DNA of 64,000 nucleotides from Parcubacteria group bacterium Gr01-1014_38 (GTDB lineage Bacteria; Patescibacteriota; Andersenbacteria; UBA10190; CAIZMI01): NCBI GenBank assembly GCA_007376145.1, contig VMFP01000001.1, positions 122,835 to 186,834 of the forward strand, read 5' to 3'. Shown piece by piece: positions 56,826 to 64,000 of this stretch (position 1 is its first letter; each line of letters starts with the position of its first letter). The notes under the pieces were generated by a model. It saw only the letters and a program-made list of their open reading frames with translations, ran no database searches and was not told where the DNA came from. The position numbers and the translations under genes were made by a program.

Positions 56826-58919
56826 TTACTCCATCACTGGTCGGAGTCCAAGGAGCCCGCGAGAGCGATGCGTGGTAAGGAGGTCGCGCGGAGAGACCGT
56901 TCGGTTTCCAACGCCAAAGTGAGGAGCCGATTTCTCCTGCGGGGCAGCGCGGAGTGTTGGCGCCTCACCAGGGCTCGTTCCTTCGGTGGTGAGCAGCGTG
57001 ATGAATGTTCCCGGCTCTTGAACCAGCAGCGGCTCAAGAGAGAAACGCACCCACTGGTTATCGTCTTCGCCGCGGATCGGGAGACGATTTGCGCGGACAT
57101 CGGGTCCCTCCACGGTCTGGCGGAGACGGAGGACGAACGTTCCCATATCCGCGCGTCCGGAATAGGTTGCGACGAGTGTCTCCACGCCACGGAGCGTTCC
57201 GGCGGAGACGGGAAGCTCCGCCACCACCACTGATTCCTGCGTTAGCTCGCCGAGAATACCCGTATAGGCCGGCTGGTGGTATACCCATGCGTAGGGCAGC
57301 CCGTTCACCGTCGCGGTGAAGACGGGCGTCCGTCGGCGGTAGTATTCGTCGATGAAATCGTTCGCGGGGTGATCGGGAGACCGGCCAAACATGTTGCGGT
57401 AGAGCACGACGTATCCAACCCGGAGTTGATCTCGGGCACTCAAATGAAAGACTGGCCGGTGGACGAGCGCCTTGAGCTCTTCTGGGTACCAGGAGGCCAC
57501 GGCGATCTTCCCGCCGTCATCGAGTTGATTGAGGTACCGCGCAACCTGATCGAGTCCCTCCCCCCAGCCGAGCTCCTGACTGAAGCTTGGTGGAAACAAG
57601 CGGTTATAGTACGCGAGCGCATACGGGCCAAGGAAGAGAAGTTCTCCCGCCAGCGGCAGGACGGCAAGGAGGAACACCGTTTTTGCCGCTCGGGCTTCCG
57701 TCCACTGCGGACGAACACGGCTGACGAGCGCCGCCAGCCCGATCACGCCGAGGAGGTTCACCACGGGGAACACGGGAAGCAGATAGCGGTCGCCCTTCTT
57801 GGCCCCAAACGTCATGGCCGCGGTGAAGAGCACGACGAACGCGAGAAGGATCCAAAGCGTACGGCGGGATGTCCCGCTCAGCGTCGCGAGCTTTGGCATG
57901 CTTACCGGCAGAAGCAGGAGAAGGGCGGCCAACCCGATCAGTGAAGGGATGGTCGTGCGTGCGAGCAGCGTGCTGGGGTAATGCCAGGGCTTAATGCTGT
58001 ACGCATCGGCCATGTGGTGCGGGGTAGAGAAAGCCGCCGAAAGGTCACGCTGAACAATTTTGACGTTTCCCACCGGATCCGGTACCCAGAGCAATCCCGG
58101 CCACAAGACCAGGGTCGTCGCCACGATGATCACCAGCCACTGCCCGAGAAGGCGAAGGCGGACTCGCCCCTCTTCCCTCCCCCAGGCCTGCCGATCCGCA
58201 AACAGGCTGAGTGTTGCCATGGGCAGCAGAATCAACCCAGGGATCTTCGAAAGGATCGCGAGTGCGCCAAAGATTCCCGACCAGACGAGCGCGGCGGAGG
58301 GCACGGTGTGCGGATGTTCCTCTCTCCCCTGCATTGCGGCGAGAAAGAGGATGAGCGAGAGTGCGGTAAAGCCCGCGAGGAGCGCGTCGACATGCACCAC
58401 CTTGCTGTAGCCGATCAGGAACGGATCGAGCGCGATCACGAGTGCCGCTGCACGTGCCACCCAAGGTCTCGTCAGGCGCCGCAGAGCAAGGAACAGCGCG
58501 GCGACCAGTACGCTGTTGAGGAGCGCGAACGTCACCTGGGTCCCCTGGATGAAGAGTTGGAGCGACTCTGCGGTGAACGGGATATTTTTTAGGCGTGCAA
58601 TGATCCGCACGCTGATTCCCACCAGCCACAGGGTGGGAATGCCCGGATGCGTCGTCTGCAAGGTCTCATTGAAGTGAAACTCCTGGACCGCTTGGAGGAA
58701 ATTCACGCCTCGCCCCATCCAGCTTTTCTCGTCTGCGGTCAGGAACAGGCCAATACCGATGAGGCGTGGCGCCAGGGCAATGAGGAAGAGTACCCCGGTC
58801 TCACCAAGGAGTTTCCGACGTTCTGGAGACTGCAGCCATCGCCGCATTCGCACCGAGTGTACCACCGGTGAGGCCTCCCTGCCCTTTGAGGCGCGGGACA
58901 TCCTGCATGGCTCTACCAC
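56826..58919 (-). CDS. GT-C fold ArnT/PMT-like glycosyltransferase (GT39/GT83-like) with C-terminal soluble domain
   Basis: 697 aa. First-loop acidic motif LTADEKSWM, GYSKVVHVDALLAG, and KGDRYLLP. Paralogous to the two genes that follow. Confidence 0.6.
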   Translation of the reverse strand: MVEPCRMSRASKGREASPVVHSVRMRRWLQSPERRKLLGETGVLFLIALAPRLIGIGLFLTADEKSWMGRGVNFLQAVQEFHFNETLQTTHPGIPTLWLVGISVRIIARLKNIPFTAESLQLFIQGTQVTFALLNSVLVAALFLALRRLTRPWVARAAALVIALDPFLIGYSKVVHVDALLAGFTALSLILFLAAMQGREEHPHTVPSAALVWSGIFGALAILSKIPGLILLPMATLSLFADRQAWGREEGRVRLRLLGQWLVIIVATTLVLWPGLLWVPDPVGNVKIVQRDLSAAFSTPHHMADAYSIKPWHYPSTLLARTTIPSLIGLAALLLLLPVSMPKLATLSGTSRRTLWILLAFVVLFTAAMTFGAKKGDRYLLPVFPVVNLLGVIGLAALVSRVRPQWTEARAAKTVFLLAVLPLAGELLFLGPYALAYYNRLFPPSFSQELGWGEGLDQVARYLNQLDDGGKIAVASWYPEELKALVHRPVFHLSARDQLRVGYVVLYRNMFGRSPDHPANDFIDEYYRRRTPVFTATVNGLPYAWVYHQPAYTGILGELTQESVVVAELPVSAGTLRGVETLVATYSGRADMGTFVLRLRQTVEGPDVRANRLPIRGEDDNQWVRFSLEPLLVQEPGTFITLLTTEGTSPGEAPTLRAAPQEKSAPHFGVGNRTVSPRDLLTTHRSRGLLGLRPVME

Positions 58920-58930
58920 GCGAAAGACCG

Positions 58931-58948
58931 ATTGTCAAACTCTTGACA
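58931..58948. promoter_or_regulatory. palindromic operator-like site TTGTCAA-actc-TTGACA
   Basis: A 6/7-bp perfect inverted repeat 12 nt upstream of the 58919 start codon. It also contains TTGACA. Confidence 0.3.
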
Positions 58949-59327
58949 CGCGCTACGGACGGTACCATACTCGCTTCCACTGGTGTTCTTTGTCATAAAG
59001 TCGTGCCGGTCAGACGGTGACGAAACTCCGAGGAGACGCGCAAGCGTCAAGAGAGTCCCGGAGGTGACCGTTCAAGCCGGTCGAATGCGCGCAGAAGGGT
59101 AGGAATAACATTTCACCTTCCAGGTGTTGCCCTCGTCGCACACAGCAGGACTCGATGAGGGAAATTCCCCACGCCTGAAGGAGGTAGGTGGAACAGTCCA
59201 AACTGCGTACACGCTTGTCTCTTCCGGCCGGAAACGACAAGCGGCGCTACGCGGGGGAGTAGCCGTCGAACGGAGAATACTGCGTGTATGCAGGAAGTTC
59301 AGTCTCAAAAGGGCTCGCGGACTCTCG

Positions 59328-59390
59328 TGGCATATTCGTGAACCTCATGAATATGTCTAGTGGCATATTCATATAAACCTCATGAATATG
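59328..59390. repeat. tandem pair of palindromic units TGGCATATTC-N10/13-GAATATG
   Basis: Unit 1 at 59328-59355 and unit 2 at 59361-59390. Each has inverted arms CATATTC/GAATATG. Probable dimeric DNA-binding sites. Confidence 0.45.
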
Positions 59391-59527
59391 ACGCGGAAGG
59401 AGTACTGCCCTGGACGGACTTCTTGATATACCGCATGAAGGGAATATTCCCCTCGACGCTTGCGAAGAGAGGAGGAACCTGCCCCTTCTAAGACTAAACC
59501 TATTCTTCTGCGCGATTTGTCCTCTTT

Positions 59528-59616
59528 CATTGTCGTTCCCAGGCACCATTGTCGTTCCCAGACATCAGGGCATTTGCTCTCTTTATGTCCGTCTGGCCGG
59601 GGCATTTGCTCTCTTT
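59528..59616. repeat. two families of short direct repeats (CATTGTCGTTCCCAG x2; GGGCATTTGCTCTCTTT x2)
   Basis: 15-nt repeat at 59528-59542 and 59547-59561. 17-nt repeat at 59568-59584 and 59600-59616. Confidence 0.5.
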
Positions 59617-59630
59617 TGTCTGGGAGCACC

Positions 59631-59666
59631 CCCGCTCGTCCCCATCGGCGAGCGGGATTTTTCTTA
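59631..59666 (+). terminator. plus-strand intrinsic terminator (8-bp stem CCCGCTCG/CGAGCGGG, then ATTTTTCTTATT)
   Basis: Perfect stem and U-rich tail on the plus strand only. Overlaps the stop of the minus-strand GT-C gene. Confidence 0.45.
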
Positions 59667-61649
59667 TTCCGAGTGCGAGGCGTCTCCTTGGTAGACGAGC
59701 GCGTATGCGAGATCCCCTTCTGCGAGAGACGCCGCCCGCTTCTCTCCCGACCGGAGCGGTCGTCGGAGCACCACCAGGCGTCCCGGGAGGATGTCGTTCG
59801 GTTGATACCGAACGGTGACGGCATTGCCGGGCTCCCCGGAGGGCGAAGTGAGCGCAACGTAGTAGGTCACCCCCTTAGAGTTCGGGAGCGGTTCAAAGCG
59901 AATTTCTTTCCAGGCGTTGTCCTCCAAACGGCTCACGCCTATCCGGACCGTGCGCAGATCGGCACCGTCGGGATTCTCGCGGACGTGGAGGAGAAGCTCC
60001 CCCCGATTGCTCCGAGACGAGAACGTCGCAAAGACCAGCCGTACGCCGCTCAATCCATCCGATTCCGCGACGACTGTTTGGCCGACCTCGACCGTTGTCG
60101 GGGCATTCCCGGTACCGCGCTCCGGCGCGCCGGCACGGACAATTTCTCCTACGTGCTTTGGAAAGCGATCCACAGAATCTCGCGCGTAGATCCAGGCCAT
60201 CTCGAGACCGACAACGCGGATTACCGCTACCGGTTCCACGTTTGCAAATTCCTCGAGGACCCTCGTCGGACCGGAATCCGCCGGTCGCCCCCGCATATTT
60301 CGATAGGTCACCACGTAATCCACGCGCGCATCATCGCGGCTGCTTAAGCTCATGGTTGTCCCGCGGAAAAACTCCCGGAAGATGATGGGATACCAGGTCG
60401 CCACCTGGAGTTCTGGAGCAAGGGGATGGGCATTGAGTACTGCCGCAGCCCGCTCGAGTCCTTCGCCCCACCCCGCTTGGGTGGGCTCTTCCTTCGGACT
60501 GAAGGGACTGACGTACGCCAGGGCATAGGGACTGAGCTGAAGGTTGAGAACGGCAAGAACGCAGATGGTGCCGGCGGCGAGAAGTTTTCCGAAGCGATCT
60601 CGGCGGATGAGTTCACCGAGGCTGACCCCCGCGAAGACATCGAGCACGAGAAGTGCCGGAAGAAGGTAGCGATCGGCGCGCTTCTCTACGAGATTCACGA
60701 AGAGGAAAAACCCTCCGAAGAAGAGGAGGAATACCAATGCCTCCCGGCGCCGGTGGGCAGCGCGAAGACATGCGAGCGCTCCCAGTGCGGCGAACAGGAG
60801 AGTGACCGGCGTCGTGCGGGCAAGAAGCGCACGGGCGTAGAAGAGATTGTCGCGCGTCCGGACTTCCGCCGATTCACCGAAGTGTGACAGCGTAACGACG
60901 GACTGGACGTCGCGAGCAGCGTATCGGACATTCGGGAGAACGTTCAGCCACATGGAGGGCCACAGAATCAGGAAGGTCGCGGTGGTAACACCGACCCAGG
61001 TCGCCGTATCGCGAATCCATCGAGCCCGCATGTCTGGAACGAGCAGAAACACCCCGGCGGCGAAGGGGACGAGGAAGACCGCCGGGAGTTTCGTGAGCAG
61101 CGCGAGCCCCCCGAGAAATCCGGAAAGAACAAGAATCCGGCGTGCGCCTTGGCGGACGTACCAGAGGGCGGTAAGGACCGAGAGGAGCATGAGAATCGCG
61201 AGGAGGGCATCCACATGCGCGAGCTGGGAATACCCAACGAAAAACGGATTCAGGGTAAGGAGCACGCCAGCACCAAGACCACTGCGGACACCCCAGAGTC
61301 GTGCCACGAGGGCAGCAGCCATCCCGGTCCCAAGGGATACCGCGATGGCGATAGGAAGCTTCCCCGCGGAACGGAAGGAGCCGACGGTCGGGCTTTCCAT
61401 GCGCTCTCCCGTCAGCCATTCTCGCGCTTCAATGCCCGCACCGATGAGAAGCATCGCGGTGACGCCGGGATGGGTTCCCTGGAAGGTGCCGCCGGGATCC
61501 CCACGGCGGAGCGCAGTCGTGAACGACTGCGCGCGGAACATCCACTGCGGTTCGTCCGCGGTGAGGATCGCGCCGAGACCCTGCAGTCGAACGAGCAGCG
61601 CGAGCGTCGCCGTGATAAGTCCTACCATGACGAGCGGACGGAATGCCAT
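59664..61649 (-). CDS. GT-C fold ArnT/PMT-like glycosyltransferase paralog
   Basis: 661 aa. ILTADEPQWM, GYSQLAHVDALLA, KRADRYLLP, GWGEGL, YVVTYRNM all shared with the 56826..58919 paralog. Confidence 0.6.
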   Translation of the reverse strand: MAFRPLVMVGLITATLALLVRLQGLGAILTADEPQWMFRAQSFTTALRRGDPGGTFQGTHPGVTAMLLIGAGIEAREWLTGERMESPTVGSFRSAGKLPIAIAVSLGTGMAAALVARLWGVRSGLGAGVLLTLNPFFVGYSQLAHVDALLAILMLLSVLTALWYVRQGARRILVLSGFLGGLALLTKLPAVFLVPFAAGVFLLVPDMRARWIRDTATWVGVTTATFLILWPSMWLNVLPNVRYAARDVQSVVTLSHFGESAEVRTRDNLFYARALLARTTPVTLLFAALGALACLRAAHRRREALVFLLFFGGFFLFVNLVEKRADRYLLPALLVLDVFAGVSLGELIRRDRFGKLLAAGTICVLAVLNLQLSPYALAYVSPFSPKEEPTQAGWGEGLERAAAVLNAHPLAPELQVATWYPIIFREFFRGTTMSLSSRDDARVDYVVTYRNMRGRPADSGPTRVLEEFANVEPVAVIRVVGLEMAWIYARDSVDRFPKHVGEIVRAGAPERGTGNAPTTVEVGQTVVAESDGLSGVRLVFATFSSRSNRGELLLHVRENPDGADLRTVRIGVSRLEDNAWKEIRFEPLPNSKGVTYYVALTSPSGEPGNAVTVRYQPNDILPGRLVVLRRPLRSGEKRAASLAEGDLAYALVYQGDASHSE

Positions 61650-61660
61650 CGGGGTCTTGG

Positions 61661-63910
61661 CTACTCCCGCCCACCGCGCGACTCGACTGAGCTCGTCGAA
61701 GTCCGGCGGAGAATCGTAATGGGGTTCCCGAGATTTTCGATTTCGGCGATGGGTTCGAACTCCGCGTTCACGAACTGTTCAATCTCGGGGTACTCCCGGA
61801 AGTAGGAAAAGGCGGTCAGCTGCTCATGGACCACCCACCGAATGTCCGAGCGGACGGCGGCGACCATCGCTTCTACGGGCGCCATGTAGATGTTGCGAAC
61901 CTGCGGCTCGATATAGCCGTAGGCGTAGTGGGTCGGGTGGGCGACGTCAAACAAGACCCGGTGCCCGGAGAGTACGGGAAGAGCGACGGCAGCCGTGAGG
62001 ATGGGCTCTTCCTTTGGAACCTGGCGTCGGAGAACCGCCGCGGCTTCCTCCAGCGACGAACGGTCGAATGTTCCGGTATGCGCGAAGACGTATCCGGAAC
62101 GAGCCGAGGCGTACGCGCCCCACGCCACGAGTACTCCGAGGAGAACCAGGACGGGAGCGCGGCGCCGGTACTCGGCGGCAAGCCAGGCGCCTCCGAGCGC
62201 AGCGAGGAGGGTGAGCGGCGGGAGAAACTCCGCGAGGTAGTTCGCAGTAAACTTAATCCACGAGGCGTAGAGGACCGTGGTTCCCAAGAGCCAGAGGAGC
62301 GGAACACCGACAGCAGGCAGGATTGTCTTCCGTAATGCCGGAACCTCCTCCTCTGGGCTCGGGGCCTGTTCTCGTGAGGAGACAGCAAGGATGGCGATGC
62401 TTGCGCTCATCACGAGCCAGAACGGCCAGAGGGCAAACGCGAAGTGCTCCGGACGCTCGTACGCTTGAAGGAAGCGACCAGAGAACCAGACCGCGGCCAG
62501 CGGGATGAGCCATCCCACGCGCGACCAGCGTCGGCCCCGCGCGGTGGAACGGAGAATCTGCTCCATGCTTGCGCCAAGACCGACGAGCGCAAGGAACAAC
62601 ACTGGCAGTCCCTCACGGAAGATCGGGAGCACTCCCTGAATAAGGGCGCGTCGGCGCTCTTCGGCAGTCGCGGTCGTGTCTGGATCGATTGCCGCGACGT
62701 CGACCCCAAGGAAGTACCGGACACCGGGCGTTCCGTACCAGTGCTGGATTTCCGCCGTGAGTCCGCCAAAGGCAATGAGAAATCCCACGAGCGTCCAGCC
62801 GACGCGTTGGAGGCGTGCGCGCCACGGGAGCGTCGAGAAGAGCAGAATCCCCAGAGCGGGGAGCGCGGCCGCGGCGGATGTCTTTCGTGCGCCGAACGCG
62901 AGTGCCAAGAGGACGCCGGCAAGGACGAGGAGCACCCACCCAAGGATCCTCCGCCGCGCTCGGTTCTCTTGAGGATTCACCAGACTGTGCGCGAACAACG
63001 CCAACCCGCCGGCGAGGAGCAAGAGTTGGAGCGGTTGCGCATGAAGGTAGATGCTGAAAATCACCGGAGCAGCAGGAAGGAGCCACAGACCGGCGATGCG
63101 CAGCGATGGGAGGCCTTTTCCATGAGCATTGCGGCCCAGCGCGAGCAGAGGAAGAAGCGTGAGAAGACTCGCGACGATGCTCACGAGCCGACTCGTGAGC
63201 ATCGTCGGTTCGGGCTTGAGACGGAGAAAGGCGGCGACGACCTGAACCACCGTCGGGGTTTTTAAGATTCCATCTCCTCCCGGGAGCCGTCCGTGAGAGA
63301 ACGTCCACGCGTCGTAGAGCATGCTCCCCTCGTCGTTGGTGACGGGTAAACGTTCGGCATACAGGAGACGGAAGAAGAACCCGCCGAGGAGAAGCACCGC
63401 AAGCATGAAAAGGAGCACCGGCCGGCGGACCCGAGGGCGGATCATCGGGGGGGCTCCTACGGCTGCCAGCGCGAGAGCGACTGCCGCTCCGCCGGTCAGC
63501 GAGAAGACGGTGACGCGCCGCGTTTCTTTGCGCATGAATCGCACGGCGTCGAGGACTGCGAGACGCACGCGTTCCCCGAGCGAGATGCGATGCACGACCG
63601 CAAAGGCGAGATCGGCGCTCCGCATCTCCGCTTGCTGAACGGCCTCGGGCGCATTCCGCTCTCCGTGGAATACGTAGAGGCTGGAGGGTCCGCCTTTCAC
63701 GTATGGATTTCCTGCACTGAAATCAACGGTGATCGCGTCTCCCGGTCGAGACTGCGGAGAGCGGAGCGACGCGTAATAGGTCTGCCCCGAGGAGTCCAGG
63801 ACTGGCGCAAACGTGAACGTGTACCATTCGTGGTCCCGGAACTGGCGGGCCGGAACGCGAGCCGTTCGGAGTGCGGTGGGAGCATCGGGACTGCGGCGCA
63901 GCTCAAACAC
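61661..63910 (-). CDS. GT-C fold ArnT/PMT-like glycosyltransferase paralog; 5' end unresolved (frame open to the window edge)
   Basis: The listed start is GTG. The reading frame continues with no stop to position 64000. The first ~150 aa resemble the C-terminal soluble domain of the paralogs. The TM core begins near MIRPRVRRPVLLFMLAVLLL and carries VTNDEGSML (DE loop-1 motif). Confidence 0.45.
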   Translation of the reverse strand: MFELRRSPDAPTALRTARVPARQFRDHEWYTFTFAPVLDSSGQTYYASLRSPQSRPGDAITVDFSAGNPYVKGGPSSLYVFHGERNAPEAVQQAEMRSADLAFAVVHRISLGERVRLAVLDAVRFMRKETRRVTVFSLTGGAAVALALAAVGAPPMIRPRVRRPVLLFMLAVLLLGGFFFRLLYAERLPVTNDEGSMLYDAWTFSHGRLPGGDGILKTPTVVQVVAAFLRLKPEPTMLTSRLVSIVASLLTLLPLLALGRNAHGKGLPSLRIAGLWLLPAAPVIFSIYLHAQPLQLLLLAGGLALFAHSLVNPQENRARRRILGWVLLVLAGVLLALAFGARKTSAAAALPALGILLFSTLPWRARLQRVGWTLVGFLIAFGGLTAEIQHWYGTPGVRYFLGVDVAAIDPDTTATAEERRRALIQGVLPIFREGLPVLFLALVGLGASMEQILRSTARGRRWSRVGWLIPLAAVWFSGRFLQAYERPEHFAFALWPFWLVMSASIAILAVSSREQAPSPEEEVPALRKTILPAVGVPLLWLLGTTVLYASWIKFTANYLAEFLPPLTLLAALGGAWLAAEYRRRAPVLVLLGVLVAWGAYASARSGYVFAHTGTFDRSSLEEAAAVLRRQVPKEEPILTAAVALPVLSGHRVLFDVAHPTHYAYGYIEPQVRNIYMAPVEAMVAAVRSDIRWVVHEQLTAFSYFREYPEIEQFVNAEFEPIAEIENLGNPITILRRTSTSSVESRGGRE

Positions 63911-64000
63911 GACTTCCCCCGTTGCTCGCCGGTTGCTGTACGTCGCAATCTGGAACGCGACGCCGCGTAAGGATGGGCGCAGCGATTCAAACGTTTGGCC

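Noticed and set aside
59435-59491. 18-codon ORF MKGIFPSTLAKRGGTCPF as a CDS feature
   Set aside because: Too short and without an SD. It is kept only as part of the intergenic-unit finding.
1-64000. CRISPR array or cas genes
   Set aside because: No regularly spaced identical repeats of 25-45 nt were found. The only Cas-like feature is the Cas4-type nuclease domain fused to a helicase, which is not evidence of CRISPR.

Overview
High-GC (~60-65%) bacterial chromosomal segment, gene-dense and mostly minus-strand, with several lower-GC inserts. The taxon cannot be decided from the window. Housekeeping blocks: pyrG(partial)-rplI-acyP-ctpA-aspS; tRNA-Lys(UUU); the hrcA-grpE-dnaK-dnaJ heat-shock operon with a perfect CIRCE operator, interrupted between dnaK and dnaJ by a low-GC insert carrying a ParD/RelE-like TA pair and a small promoter-driven gene; cysS, dnaB, recR, rplU, secA, mreB. 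Accessory content: an IS481-like element with target-site duplication plus a solo end copy 2 kb away bracketing a PgeF-like gene; a low-GC FGE-sulfatase/SDR/NUDIX island; an exopolysaccharide operon (membrane protein, GT2 synthase, WecA-like); a UvrD-helicase/Cas4-like-nuclease fusion next to a tandem zinc-ribbon gene; and a PIN-toxin/antitoxin pair whose junction is duplicated in degenerate form 2.9 kb away. That duplication brackets a strongly promoted cassette encoding a lipoprotein and a 625-aa secreted protein with a clan-CD (caspase/gingipain-like) His/Cys dyad. This is the most novel-looking candidate system in the window. The right third is a large envelope-glycosylation locus: mreB-GT4-secA, four translationally coupled GT4 genes, a 686-aa polytopic protein, and at least three tandem ArnT/PMT-like GT-C paralogs separated by a repeat-rich intergenic unit. 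One beta-propeller gene is broken by an in-frame TAG. Many listed ORFs are antisense shadows, which is expected at this GC content. Several true starts are GTG or internal ATG.
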